From Deferrisomatales bacterium (GTDB taxonomy: Bacteria; Desulfobacterota; Deferrisomatia; Deferrisomatales; JACRMM01): a stretch of 64,000 nucleotides of DNA. The position numbers and the translations under genes are program-made. Under the pieces are notes generated by a model. That model had not been told where the DNA came from, did not search any database, and saw nothing but the letters and a program-made list of their open reading frames with translations. The number at the start of each line of letters is the position of its first letter. Within the stretch, counting starts at the first letter, position 1. Shown one piece after another: positions 19,731 to 31,563 of the stretch. The stretch spans positions 96,772-160,771 of the forward strand of contig JAWSUI010000003.1 of the NCBI GenBank assembly GCA_033551855.1, in the 5' to 3' direction.

Positions 19731-21353
19731 ATGGGTCTCGTGACCGACATCTCCCGAGGCCGGATGCATGGGTACCTGGTCGGCCGGTCGGTGGTCCTCC
19801 TGGCGCTCCTGGTGCTGGCAGGGGCGTTCCAGGCCCGCCAGGGGGGCTTCCCGGTCCCGCTCGTCTGGTTCTTCGCGTGTACCGGGGCCTCGTTCCTCTT
19901 CACGCTGGCCTCCGTGGCGGCCCTGCGGCGCGGCGCCTGGCAGCGCCTGTCGCCGTACCTCCAGCCCGCCTGGGACGTGGCCTACGCCACCGCGCTGGTC
20001 TACCTCTCGGGCGGCGCGTTCTCACCCTTCGCGATGCTCTACCCCCTGGCCATCCTGGGGGGCGCGATCTTGCTCCTGCGCCGGGGCGCCCTGGCGGTGG
20101 CCACGGCGTCGGCCCTGGCCTACGGCCTCCTGGTGGACCTGCAGTTCTACGGCGTCATCCAGCCCCTCAGCCCGCTCCCGCTGCCGGCCCTGGAAGGGGG
20201 GCGGCTCCTCCTTCAGCTCCTCTTCAACATCCTGGCGTTCTACGCAGTCGCGCTGCTCTCCGGATACCTGGCGGAGGAGCTCCACCGGGCCGGCGTCCAG
20301 CTCGAGGAGGCCCAGGCCGAGGTCCTGGACCTCGAGCGCCTGCGGGACTCCATCCTCCAGGGCCTCGGGTCGGGCCTGGTCGCCCTGGACCGCCGCAGCC
20401 GCCGGCTCTTCCACAACCGGGCGGCGGAGGAGCTCCTGGGGCGGGCCGGCGTGTCCCTCGGCCCGGACACCGAATTCTCCCGGCTCTTCCCCCCCGGGGC
20501 GGGCGGGCGGTCCGAGGCGAGGTTCCTGGGTGGCTCGGTGGTCCTGGGCTACAGCCACTCCCCCCTGTCGGACAGGGGTGGCCGACGGGTCGGCAGCATC
20601 CTCATCTTTCAGGACCTCACCCAGGTGAAGCAGCTCGAGGAAGGCCTGCGGCGGGCGGACCGCCTGGCCGCGGTGGGGCGGCTGGCGGCGGGGCTCGCCC
20701 ACGAGATCCGAAACCCCCTGGCGAGCCTCTCCGGCTCCGTGGAGGTCTTGCGCCAGGGCTCCCGGACCGACGCGGAGGACGCCCACCTGCTCGAGATCGT
20801 GCTCCGGGAGACCGAGCGCCTCAACCGCCTGGTGACGAACTTCCTTCACTACGCCCGGCCCGGGAGTGCGGAACCCACCCCCTTCCCCCTGCGGGAGCTC
20901 GTCGCCGACATCGGCTTCTTCTTCTCCCAGGGGGAGGGCCGCACGGGCTTCGTGCTGGAGAACGCGGTTCCCGAGGGTCTGTGTCTGGTGGCCGACCGGA
21001 GCCAGGTGGAGCAGGTGCTCCTGAACCTCTTCCGGAACAGCGTCGAGGCGGCACCGGGGGGGGTCACCGTCCGGGTGGGGGCGGCCGAGATCGACGGCGG
21101 GGCCGAGGTCACCGTGCGGGACGACGGTCCGGGGATCCCCCCGGACGTCGCGGCGCGGGCTTTCGAGCCCTTCTTCTCGGGCAGGGAGGGGGGCACCGGG
21201 CTGGGGCTCGCCACCGTGCACCGGATCATGGAGAATCACGGGGGAGCCGTCAGCCTGGGGCCCGGCCCCGCCGGAGGTTCTGCTCTCCGCCTCCGGTTCC
21301 CGTCGAGCCGCCCGGTGACGCCCCCGATGTCAGGGACGGCTTCCCCTGCGTGA
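19731..21353 (+). CDS. pilS: Sensor histidine kinase PilS
   Basis: About six TM segments, AHEIRNPL H-box, N/G boxes; lies between pilC and pilR. Exact start uncertain. Confidence 0.85.
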   Translation: MGLVTDISRGRMHGYLVGRSVVLLALLVLAGAFQARQGGFPVPLVWFFACTGASFLFTLASVAALRRGAWQRLSPYLQPAWDVAYATALVYLSGGAFSPFAMLYPLAILGGAILLLRRGALAVATASALAYGLLVDLQFYGVIQPLSPLPLPALEGGRLLLQLLFNILAFYAVALLSGYLAEELHRAGVQLEEAQAEVLDLERLRDSILQGLGSGLVALDRRSRRLFHNRAAEELLGRAGVSLGPDTEFSRLFPPGAGGRSEARFLGGSVVLGYSHSPLSDRGGRRVGSILIFQDLTQVKQLEEGLRRADRLAAVGRLAAGLAHEIRNPLASLSGSVEVLRQGSRTDAEDAHLLEIVLRETERLNRLVTNFLHYARPGSAEPTPFPLRELVADIGFFFSQGEGRTGFVLENAVPEGLCLVADRSQVEQVLLNLFRNSVEAAPGGVTVRVGAAEIDGGAEVTVRDDGPGIPPDVAARAFEPFFSGREGGTGLGLATVHRIMENHGGAVSLGPGPAGGSALRLRFPSSRPVTPPMSGTASPA

Positions 21354-21420
21354 GGACAGGTCCCGCCCCCCGGGGGGGTGGGCCCTGCCAGCCCGGCACA
21401 GCCGAGCAGAGTCGAAGGAC

Positions 21421-22800
<1,380 letters not shown>

Positions 22801-22816
22801 GCTGGGAGCGACCCCC

Positions 22817-23587
22817 ATGACCAAGACCCGCGCCTTCCTCGTGCACCTCGCCCTCAGCGCCGCCGTCGCGGCGGCCGCGCTGGCGGTCTTCATCCGTTTC
22901 TGGTACCCGCTGCCCTTCTTCCTCGCCGACGGCGGGTGGCAGGGGCTGCGCCTGGTCGTCGCCGTGGACGTGGTGCTGGGGCCCCTCCTCACCCTCGTCG
23001 TCTATCGGGCCACCAAGACGCGCCGCGCCTTGACCTTCGACTACGCCTGCATCGGCGCGGTCCAGGTCCTGGCCCTCGCCTTGGGCCTCTGGACGGTCCA
23101 CGGCCAGCGCACCGCCCTCGTGGCCTTCTCCGACGGACGGTTCTACACCGTGGACGCGGCGACGGCGGAATCCCTCGGCCCGCAGGCCCACGCCCTGCTC
23201 GGAGCGGCACGCCGTGGGCCGGTCTACGCGGCGGTCCGGATGCCCGAGTCCGAAGAAGAGCGCCAGACACTGAGGCGGGAAACTCTGCAATCCGGTCGCC
23301 CGTTGCATCTTCGCGCGGACCTGCTCACCCCCCTCGGGCCGGCAGCCCTGGCTTCGATCGCCTCCGAGGACGCCTGGGACCCCTCGGAGGAAGAGGCCAC
23401 GGCCGCGCGCAAATTGATGTCGCGCCGAACCCGGACCGGCGACGAAGCCGTCATCGTCCCAGCTACCTGCCGCTACCGAAACGTCGCTCTGGCCTTCGAC
23501 CCCTCTTCCGCCGACTTGCTGGACTGGGTCCTCCTGCCTGTGGGGCCCCGCTCTCGGACGATCCGGGTCTCGACCATTTCACGATGA
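22817..23587 (+). CDS. TfpX/TfpZ (FimB)-like type IV pilin accessory protein
   Basis: N-terminal AF..HL..S...WYP.....GG......VDVVLGPLLTL motif and three TM segments. Confidence 0.75.
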   Translation: MTKTRAFLVHLALSAAVAAAALAVFIRFWYPLPFFLADGGWQGLRLVVAVDVVLGPLLTLVVYRATKTRRALTFDYACIGAVQVLALALGLWTVHGQRTALVAFSDGRFYTVDAATAESLGPQAHALLGAARRGPVYAAVRMPESEEERQTLRRETLQSGRPLHLRADLLTPLGPAALASIASEDAWDPSEEEATAARKLMSRRTRTGDEAVIVPATCRYRNVALAFDPSSADLLDWVLLPVGPRSRTIRVSTISR

Positions 23588-23654
23588 AATTTCTTCGGGA
23601 AGCCGTCCCCGGGATTCCCTCGGTCCCCCTGTGTTCCTGGAAGGCAGACCTCGT

Positions 23655-25538
23655 ATGATCCCCCAATACAAGGCCTGCCGAGCGATATGGATAGCTCCCC
23701 TCACGTTTGCGGGTCTGCTTGCTTTGCTCTGGGGCCTCTACTCGGTTGCTTTCGGCGCCCCATTCTACTTCGACACGGTTGTGCATCTGGTCGGTCGCAC
23801 CAACATGCAGATGGTCGCCCTCTCGCCCCAGGCCCTCTGGGACGCCGTCCATTGGGATTTCGGGGGCCGGATCGATCGCCCCGTCTCGCGTCTTACCTTC
23901 GCGCTCACCCACTATTTTTGGGGCCTGTCACCTCACCCCTACCGCATGGGGAACGTGGTAATCCACGCCTTGTCCGCCATGGCTCTCTTCTTTCTGACTC
24001 TCTCCGTACTGAGAGCTCCGCGGGTGGCAAGAACAAGTCCCAGCCTCACACGACGGGCCGGTTTGGTGGCGGCCTGCGCCGCCCTGCTCTGGGTCTTTCA
24101 CCCGATCCAGACCAACGCGGTAACCTATGTAGTGCAACGGATGTCGTCCCTTTCCGGCCTCTTCACGTTTCTCTGCGTGGGTTCCTACCTGCAGGCCCGC
24201 ATGACCCGGGGGTCCCCACGCCGGCTCTGGGGTCTGCTCTGCCTGGGGACATTTCTTCTCGGTGTGGGCTCAAAGGAGACAGGCCTGCTCGCACTGCCCC
24301 TGGCCGTGGTCGCAGAGTTCCTGCTCCTCGATCGCCCCGTTGGATTCCCCTCTCGAAGGCTCGCCTCAAGCCTCGCGGCGACGGCGGGTGCGTCGCTGGC
24401 GGCGCTCTTGGTCCTGCAGCCCGCAGCCATGAGCAGTGTCATGACCTACCGCCATCGGTCTTTCGACATGGCGGAGCGCCTGTGGACCCAGGCCCGGCTA
24501 CAGTTCGACTATCTGGAGGTGCTTCTCGCGCCTCTTCCGGCGCACCTCCGCTTCGTCTATGAACCCGGGATTTCCAGGGGTTGGCTCGACCCTCCGTCGA
24601 CCCTGGTCGCGCTGCTCGTCTTGGCGGTGGCCGTGGCCTTGGCGGTGTCCCAGGCGAAACGACGCCCTCTTTTTTCCTTCTGCGTCCTCTGGTTCCTGCT
24701 GGCGCAAACGATGGAAGCGACGATCCTGCCGCTGGAGCTCTATTTCGAGCATCGGATGTACGTGCCCTCGGCAGCTCTTGCCGTGGGCGTTTCGGCAGTC
24801 GTCTGGACTCTCGTCTCGTCCCTCCCTCCGCGTCGCGCCGCCGCCTGTTCCCTCGCTCTGGTCGGCCTGCTCACGGCCGGAGAAGCCTGGGCGACTCTGC
24901 AGCGCAACCGCACGTGGGCGGACCCGGTCGGCTTTTGGACCGACGCCCTCGCCAAACAACCGGATTCCGCCCGCGTGCTGTCGTATCTGGGCCACGAGTT
25001 CACCGTGAGAGGACGCTATTGGGAGGCCGAGGAGGCCTATGGGCGCGCACTCGCTTTGCAGCCTGCCAAGTCACACATCTACGAACTGGGCCTGGCACGG
25101 GTGGCCTATGCCCAGGGGAAAAGGGAGGAGGCGCGACGGTACCTGCTGAGTTCGTGGGGCGATCTGAAAAGGACCAACGGGGAAGCGGCCCGGCAACTTG
25201 GAATGATGGCACTTCAGGAGAGGAACCTCTCGGAGGCCGAGAACTACCTCGGCGAGGCCTTGCGGTATGCGCCCACCGACGGGGAAGCCTGGCGGCTGCT
25301 CGGGGTTGCCCGACTCCTGAACGAAGACGCCGCAGGTGCCGAAGCGGCACTAGGAAAAGCGCTGCGGTTCCGCCCCCAGGACGCAGAGTCGTGGAACACC
25401 CTGGGCGCCATCGCGTTTCGGGGACAGCGGTACCGGGAAGCCGAAGCAAATTTCCGAACCGCGCTGCGCTTCTCCCCGGGCAATGCGAACTATACGGGGA
25501 ACTTGGCCCGGGCAGTCCAAGCGCAGAGCAGCCCATGA
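23655..25538 (+). CDS. TMTC-like GT-C fold membrane glycosyltransferase with C-terminal TPRs
   Basis: YFD...RPVSRLTFAL, N..IH, HPIQTNAVTYVVQR, SKET, EHRMYVPS, RN..W.D, followed by TPR repeats. Confidence 0.75.
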   Translation: MIPQYKACRAIWIAPLTFAGLLALLWGLYSVAFGAPFYFDTVVHLVGRTNMQMVALSPQALWDAVHWDFGGRIDRPVSRLTFALTHYFWGLSPHPYRMGNVVIHALSAMALFFLTLSVLRAPRVARTSPSLTRRAGLVAACAALLWVFHPIQTNAVTYVVQRMSSLSGLFTFLCVGSYLQARMTRGSPRRLWGLLCLGTFLLGVGSKETGLLALPLAVVAEFLLLDRPVGFPSRRLASSLAATAGASLAALLVLQPAAMSSVMTYRHRSFDMAERLWTQARLQFDYLEVLLAPLPAHLRFVYEPGISRGWLDPPSTLVALLVLAVAVALAVSQAKRRPLFSFCVLWFLLAQTMEATILPLELYFEHRMYVPSAALAVGVSAVVWTLVSSLPPRRAAACSLALVGLLTAGEAWATLQRNRTWADPVGFWTDALAKQPDSARVLSYLGHEFTVRGRYWEAEEAYGRALALQPAKSHIYELGLARVAYAQGKREEARRYLLSSWGDLKRTNGEAARQLGMMALQERNLSEAENYLGEALRYAPTDGEAWRLLGVARLLNEDAAGAEAALGKALRFRPQDAESWNTLGAIAFRGQRYREAEANFRTALRFSPGNANYTGNLARAVQAQSSP

Positions 25539-25580
25539 GGACGCCGGCGCCTCTCCCCAAGCGAGCACCCAAGGTAGGAG

Positions 25581-26777
25581 TCAACGGCTCGCGCGGGTTG
25601 ACCGGCCCGCACGGATGGCTTGCAGCGCCTGCTCCCCGATCCGTCGTTCTGAGAAATCCTCCCCTCCCGTTCGGTAAGCGCCCTGAGCCAAGGCCGTCCG
25701 GAGTTGGGGTTGGTCCCTGAGTTTGAGGATGGCCCGGGCAAGGGCCTCGGGATCGGCGGGGGGTACCAGACAGGCGTTCTCTCCTTGCCGGAACGCCTCC
25801 CGAATTGCCGGGGTGTCGGAGGTAATGACCGGGAGTCCGGCCGCGCACAAGTCGAAGACCTTGATCGGGATCACGCGGGATGCCTTCTCCGTGTCCCCGA
25901 AGATCCCGAGCCCTATGTCGTGGTTCCGATACAGATCCCTCAGTTCTCCCGCATCCACCCACTCCCGGAGGCGCACGTTGCCGAGGTCCCACTCCCGACA
26001 CCGCGCCTCCAGTCGTTTCCCGAGCTGACCAGACCCAACAACGAGGGCGAATCGAACTTCTGCCACTCCGCGCAGCCGTCTGGCGGCGTCCAGGATCACT
26101 TCGATCCCGTGGAGGGGAATGTACGTGCCTACGAACACCACCCGGAGATCGTTCCTAGCGGTTGCGGCGACGACCGGATCGCGGGCAGGGGGAAACGTGG
26201 GGCCGACCCAGACGGGGAAGATCTTCTCTCGGGGTAGCCGGCACGTCGACGCGAGGTGGTTCGCGTGGGTCGCGGTATCGATGACGAGCGCGTCCGGCGC
26301 CCCACAGGCGCGGCGTTCCCAGAAGCGCAGCAGGCGCGCCGGAAGCCCCGTCTCGGAGAGCAGACGCCGATCGTGCACCAGGGTGTCGTAGAGGGGAGCG
26401 AAGACGTCGAGCACCAGCGCAGCCCCGGGCTGGAAGCGGTCTCGGAGCAGGCGAGCCAGATGCACGTGGAAGATGCCCGGGTAGCCGACGAGCACCGCGT
26501 CCACGGCGTCTCTGCGGGGAAAGCGCCGGGCAAGCCGTGGATAGGTCAGCAAGAGTCCAGCTCCGAAACGCAGTGCACCCCCAGCCCCTGTGACGGTTTG
26601 CAGCCGCTGGCCGAACCGCTCGGCGAGTGTTTCGTGGCACTCGAGCACCTCGACGCCGCGCTCCCGAAGGCCAGCGAGCAGATTGAGATGGCGGGGATAC
26701 TCCGGCCGCTTCGAGTAAACGCCGAAGCTCAGGACCCGCTGGACGCCATGGTTTCTGTGGCTACCCGCTTGCGGCAT
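25581..26777 (-). CDS. Glycosyltransferase family 4
   Basis: FVGTYIPLHG, IPIKVFDLCAAGLPVITSD, VPPADPEALA. Start could be 26783. Confidence 0.85.
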   Translation of the reverse strand: MPQAGSHRNHGVQRVLSFGVYSKRPEYPRHLNLLAGLRERGVEVLECHETLAERFGQRLQTVTGAGGALRFGAGLLLTYPRLARRFPRRDAVDAVLVGYPGIFHVHLARLLRDRFQPGAALVLDVFAPLYDTLVHDRRLLSETGLPARLLRFWERRACGAPDALVIDTATHANHLASTCRLPREKIFPVWVGPTFPPARDPVVAATARNDLRVVFVGTYIPLHGIEVILDAARRLRGVAEVRFALVVGSGQLGKRLEARCREWDLGNVRLREWVDAGELRDLYRNHDIGLGIFGDTEKASRVIPIKVFDLCAAGLPVITSDTPAIREAFRQGENACLVPPADPEALARAILKLRDQPQLRTALAQGAYRTGGEDFSERRIGEQALQAIRAGRSTRASR

Positions 26778-26779
26778 GT

Positions 26780-27913
26780 TCACCCGTTGGCTGCTTCCCG
26801 GAGCACCAACTCGGTACCCGCCGCCATCGCGTCCACGCTCAGCCGGCTCAAGGCCCGGCGGCCTCCCTCTCCAAGTCGATTCGCCAGTTCCGGGTCTTGG
26901 ATCACGCGCGCGATGGCCCTGCCGAGGCCCATTGCGTCCCCTGGCCTCACGAAGAGAGCCTCTTCCCCTTCACAGAAGAACTCCCGCGCTCCCCCGGCCT
27001 CGGTAGCCACCACCGGCGCCGCCGAGGCCATGGCCTCGGCGTAGACGAGACCAAAGCCCTCCGTGAAGGAGGGCATAACGAACACGTCTGCGCCCGCCAT
27101 CATGCCCCGCACCCGGTCGTTGGGCTGCCAGCCGTGGAATGTAACTGCGGCCTCAACCCCGAGCCTGCGCGCCAGCGATGCCATTGCCGGCTGGTTGCGG
27201 TCCCTCCCCACTACGTGCAGATGGATCTCCGGATGTGCCGCCCGAAGCGCCGAGAGGGCTTCGAGGAGCACCGGCAGGCCCTTTCGTTGAAAGTTGCCCC
27301 CAACGAAGAGGAGGGCCGGCCGGCCCTCCAGGGCAATCCTCGGGACCGGGGTACCCTCGGGCAGCCCCAGGGGAACCACTCGAACCCTCGCGGGCGAAAG
27401 CCGGTAGCCCGCAATCATGGCTCGGGCGACGTGGGCGCTGTTGGCCGCGAGGCGGGGCAGGCGCCGGTAGGTGCGTCCCTCCACGGACCGCAGAAACGCG
27501 TAGTACGCGGACCGCTTAAGACGGTCGGCGAAGAGGGCACGGGGGTACCCCTGTCCGAGCCACTCGAGGGCGTAGGCGTCGTGAACGGCCCCGGCGAGGG
27601 GCACCGGCGGTTTCCAGGCGGCCCATGCCTCCCTGGCGTCGGCGAAGAACGCGACGTCGTGCTTCGCTCCCTCCCTGCGAAGTACCCGTGCGAACGACAA
27701 CCCCAATGCAAACCACCCGCCAGGGGTGGGATCCCGCCGCGGCTGGGGCACCGGAATGATACGACCTCCATCCAGGGCAACGGCTTCGTGCTCCGGTGCG
27801 ACCACCGATACGTCGTGACCTCGCGCCAGCAGCGATTCGGTCAGGGCGCGGGCATACGTGCCCACTCCGCTGCGAAATGCTGCCAGTTGCTGGGTGAAAA
27901 AGAGAATGCGCAT
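26780..27913 (-). CDS. Glycosyltransferase family 4
   Basis: MRILFF start, RKG, EGFGLVYAEAMA (EX7E). Confidence 0.9.
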   Translation of the reverse strand: MRILFFTQQLAAFRSGVGTYARALTESLLARGHDVSVVAPEHEAVALDGGRIIPVPQPRRDPTPGGWFALGLSFARVLRREGAKHDVAFFADAREAWAAWKPPVPLAGAVHDAYALEWLGQGYPRALFADRLKRSAYYAFLRSVEGRTYRRLPRLAANSAHVARAMIAGYRLSPARVRVVPLGLPEGTPVPRIALEGRPALLFVGGNFQRKGLPVLLEALSALRAAHPEIHLHVVGRDRNQPAMASLARRLGVEAAVTFHGWQPNDRVRGMMAGADVFVMPSFTEGFGLVYAEAMASAAPVVATEAGGAREFFCEGEEALFVRPGDAMGLGRAIARVIQDPELANRLGEGGRRALSRLSVDAMAAGTELVLREAANG

Positions 27914-27944
27914 CTGGAATTCCGTGGGGAGGTCGGGTCGCGGC

Positions 27945-29261
27945 TTACAGGGTCTCGGCTCGGATCTTCTCCCGCCGGACCTCATCCAGCAGGGCCGCCA
28001 GTTCTCCTGCCTGGGCGCGTCGAGAGTAGGGCAGGGCGGCTGCCGGGTCCCCGGTGGGAATTTCAGCCGCCTCGAACCATTCGGACAGGACGCCGGCAAT
28101 TCCGGCCACGTCCTCGGGACTCCGCACCGCAACGCCGGAGAATCCGCGGAGGAATTGGGTCGTTTCGTTCTCATCGGAGACCACGAGAAGCGGTCGTCCG
28201 GCTCGGAGGTACTCGTAGGCCTTGCCCGGGATCGCGGTAGGAGCCTCCGGCGTAGGAAGCAGCAGGAGGGCGTCGGCCTTTCCCAGGAGAGCTGCAACTC
28301 TAGCCCGAGGAACGCGCTCGATCCACTCTGTCTGGTGCGCGAGGTCGAGGCGTTCTGCACGATCCAGAATCTCCTGATGGGTTGCGCCCACCTGCGTGAG
28401 GCGCAGTGTCCGGTACTTGGGTTCCTGCCGCGCGAGGAGGGCCATGGCTTCGAACACGGGCGAGGGATCTCGCCCGTCCTTGAGAGTTCCGGCATGAAGG
28501 AGCCACAGGCTCCCCGGTACTTTCGGCTGGACGGACGTCCCAGCGAAGTCCTCCTCGTCATATCCGTTTCGGACCAACGCCATGCGCTCGGCTATTTCTG
28601 GGTAGCGCCTTCGGTAGAGATCGAGACTCGCCTCGGTCACGTGGATGATGCGCGCCGCCCGACGAAGGGTCCAGCGCTCGAGAGGAAACTCGGTGAGGGC
28701 CTGGACGGGATTTCGCCGCCCCGCCAGAGCATTCCCCGCCCAGTCGTCCCGGAGGTCCGCCACGAACGGGAGCCGCGCGGCACGACCCACTGAGGCACCC
28801 AATACCAGTCCCGAGAACGGCGGGCCGCTCACGAGAACCGCCTGCGCCTGGTAGCGATGTGCCAGACGCAGTGCCTCCGGGTACGCCCGGGGCCACCACA
28901 GGACCGCGTCGTCGGGAACGAGCAGCAGGTTCTTGAGAACCCTCACGGTATGGATTCCCCAACGGCGCAAGACTCCCGCCCGGCCCAGGTTCACGGATCG
29001 GTAGGCCCGAACGAACGCCCCGTAGTGGCTCCCCGTCCGGTGGACCTGGGGGCCCCGGTGCACGTCCTCGACAAGAGATTCGTCGGGAACCTGCACAGAG
29101 AGGACAACCGGGGACCAGGGCGGCGGGAGGTACTTGAGGAGCTTTTCGATCCGCGTCGACCCGCCGGGCAGGATCACGTCGGGGAACTTGTAGGCGATCA
29201 CGAGGACCCGAAGGGCCTGTGCCGTCTCCTCACCGCGTCCCCCGGGCGCGTCAGCGGCCAT
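27945..29261 (-). CDS. Glycosyltransferase family 4
   Basis: RVLVIAYKFP, SGPPFS, DLRDDW, NGYD, PGKAYEYL. Confidence 0.85.
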   Translation of the reverse strand: MAADAPGGRGEETAQALRVLVIAYKFPDVILPGGSTRIEKLLKYLPPPWSPVVLSVQVPDESLVEDVHRGPQVHRTGSHYGAFVRAYRSVNLGRAGVLRRWGIHTVRVLKNLLLVPDDAVLWWPRAYPEALRLAHRYQAQAVLVSGPPFSGLVLGASVGRAARLPFVADLRDDWAGNALAGRRNPVQALTEFPLERWTLRRAARIIHVTEASLDLYRRRYPEIAERMALVRNGYDEEDFAGTSVQPKVPGSLWLLHAGTLKDGRDPSPVFEAMALLARQEPKYRTLRLTQVGATHQEILDRAERLDLAHQTEWIERVPRARVAALLGKADALLLLPTPEAPTAIPGKAYEYLRAGRPLLVVSDENETTQFLRGFSGVAVRSPEDVAGIAGVLSEWFEAAEIPTGDPAAALPYSRRAQAGELAALLDEVRREKIRAETL

Positions 29262-31563
29262 CGTCCACCATCTCGATGACCCAGTGCACGATCCCGGAGT
29301 CGGCGGCCAGCGCCAGCGCCTTCGCCGGTGCGAGGTGCCCGTACCCGGAGGAGTAGGAGGACTCCTCGACGCGCCAAAGGCCATCAGAAGACCGGAAAGC
29401 CACCCGGGCCCGCCCCACAGCCACCCAGACCCCGTCGCCCTTCACTCTTTCCACCCGGGCGCCCGGAACCAGGTGGAACCAGAGATCCGTTCCCTCCCGA
29501 GCCATTGAGCACTCGTCGGTCCCTTCCACCCCATCACCCCGAACGCTAAGAGTTCTGCGGTGGGGCGCTCCGAAGCCCCCATGCTCACCGACGAAGCGCT
29601 TCTCGGAGAACTCGAGGACCCGGGCACGGGCGCGTTCGGGCATGCGGAAGAGCCCTTTTCGGCCTCTCTCCCACCCATTCTGCTCCCTGCCCGGGACCGC
29701 GAGAGTGCTGTGCATGGCAGTGGAACGAAAGCAGTTTCGTTGGTCCGGAGCAGGGGTGTAGAGGTAGGTGCCCGGATCGGCCACCACTGCCTCCCCATTG
29801 ACGCAAACCTCGAAGGAGAGTTGGTCGTTGTGGGCATGCCCCCCGTTGCCGTCCTGTCCCACCGGCCCACAGCGCACGGCCAGGTAAACCCGGGGTGACC
29901 GGTACACGAAGAGACCGAAATCAGGGTAACCGAACAGCTGAAGCTCCCGGGCCGCCTTGACAGGCGATGGTCCACCTTCCGGGAGCTCCTCCCTTTTCCC
30001 CTTCCGGATTCGCACCCGTTCGGCTGTGATGGCCTGATGGGCAGATCGATACGAAGCAGGGCGGACGTTCCCGGTCAAGGCAGCGGCCACCAAGGACTCA
30101 ACTCGCCCCGCGCCCACGTAAGAGCCAAAGTCCTCGCGGCCGAACAGTCCGTTCACGGCGGCGACCAGCCCTCGCGCGTCGAGGTCTCCGTCCTCGGAGG
30201 GAGAGACGCAGTGGTCGAGCGCCAGGAAACGCCCGCTATCGTTGTCGCCGAACTGGGCGATCCGACCGTCCGGCCGGGTGGCTTCTACGACGAACTCCGC
30301 CGCCTTCTCCAGGAGTTCGAAGTGGCTCCGGGGCAAGAAGGTCGGCGCCGGCACCCCCGGCAACTCGTAACTGGGCAGCGGGGCCGGCCGCAGCCCCGGA
30401 CGGGGTCGGAACCGGCGCCTGTCATACCGGAGCAGGGCCTCTCGCTTCTGCGGGGGAAGTCCGAGCACCAGGGCGGTGGTGTAGGCCAGCATCTCGCCCG
30501 AGAGCCGGTGATACGGGACCGAGGCTTCGAAGTTCGTGCCATCCCGGTGAAACTGGTGGGCGGTCTCCCTCTCCAGTTCCTGCACCGCAAAGGCCAGCCA
30601 GGCGTCGGTCTCAGGCGTTCGGTCGAGATACGCAGCGGCGAAGAGGAGCCCCGCCACGTTGGCTAGGTAATGGTTGCCCACCAGGTGCGGGTTCCACTCC
30701 AAGTTGGAGGCGACGTGGCGCGCGTGTTCATAGACGCTGCGTGCGAACACCCCGTCGAACTCCGGGTCGAAGCGGGCGCCCTGGGCGGCGAAGAGGTCCC
30801 AGGCGATCAGCCAGTTCGTCACCCGGATCCCCACGTCCATGGCCAGGACCCAGTTCGCGCCGTACCGGGGAGGGTTGGTGGCGGCGAAGTCCAGCACTTC
30901 ATTGCGAAACTCTCGGGCATACACGGCAGCAGAGCTGAAACCCGGCGAATTGGCCGAGGCAGCGGTGTGGGCAAGGGCGAGCCGGGGCAGGTGCTGCATC
31001 CGGCCAAGCTCCCAGGGAACCTTGATGTCTGCCCCGGGCTGATCCCCATATCGCACGTCCTGGTACCAGACCTTCTCGGACCACCGAAAGCCGGACTTCC
31101 AGTCGAGTTGCCAGTCGATGGGCCGATACCCGGGGTCGACGAGGGCCCACAGCCGCCTCGACTCCGGCAGGTTTGCCGGGTTTATGCGCCCCGCCAACCA
31201 CCGGCCCTCCGGGTCGGCGTCCACCGACGGTCCCGGATCATAGCGGTGTCCGTCCAAACCTCGACACGATGCGCCGTGGCATACTTCGACCCACCCGGAA
31301 CCGAGCAGGTCGAAGTGATGGGTCAAAGACCGGGCGGTGGTCTCCCGCAGTACTTTCCCTGCCGCGGCCAGCTCGCCCAGCTCGACAGCCCCTAGAAGGC
31401 TCGTGAGGGGGGCGACTGCTTCGGGCTCGTAAGTGCGGAGTGTTCTGTCCCTATGTCTCTCCCAGATCCTTCTCGCGGCGCATCGAACCACGGAGGCGGA
31501 TCTCTGAACCGGGAATCGGAGCAGGCGAGGCATCGACCAGGCCGGCGGCGAACTGCGACTCAC
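29251..31563 (-). CDS. Heparinase II/III-like protein
   Basis: IDWQLD, ADIKVPWELGRMQHL, NHYLAN, FEASVPYHR, GDNDSGR, GHAHND, DPGTYLYT, FRSTAMHS. Start could be 31533. Confidence 0.85.
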   Translation of the reverse strand: MSRSSPPAWSMPRLLRFPVQRSASVVRCAARRIWERHRDRTLRTYEPEAVAPLTSLLGAVELGELAAAGKVLRETTARSLTHHFDLLGSGWVEVCHGASCRGLDGHRYDPGPSVDADPEGRWLAGRINPANLPESRRLWALVDPGYRPIDWQLDWKSGFRWSEKVWYQDVRYGDQPGADIKVPWELGRMQHLPRLALAHTAASANSPGFSSAAVYAREFRNEVLDFAATNPPRYGANWVLAMDVGIRVTNWLIAWDLFAAQGARFDPEFDGVFARSVYEHARHVASNLEWNPHLVGNHYLANVAGLLFAAAYLDRTPETDAWLAFAVQELERETAHQFHRDGTNFEASVPYHRLSGEMLAYTTALVLGLPPQKREALLRYDRRRFRPRPGLRPAPLPSYELPGVPAPTFLPRSHFELLEKAAEFVVEATRPDGRIAQFGDNDSGRFLALDHCVSPSEDGDLDARGLVAAVNGLFGREDFGSYVGAGRVESLVAAALTGNVRPASYRSAHQAITAERVRIRKGKREELPEGGPSPVKAARELQLFGYPDFGLFVYRSPRVYLAVRCGPVGQDGNGGHAHNDQLSFEVCVNGEAVVADPGTYLYTPAPDQRNCFRSTAMHSTLAVPGREQNGWERGRKGLFRMPERARARVLEFSEKRFVGEHGGFGAPHRRTLSVRGDGVEGTDECSMAREGTDLWFHLVPGARVERVKGDGVWVAVGRARVAFRSSDGLWRVEESSYSSGYGHLAPAKALALAADSGIVHWVIEMVDDGR

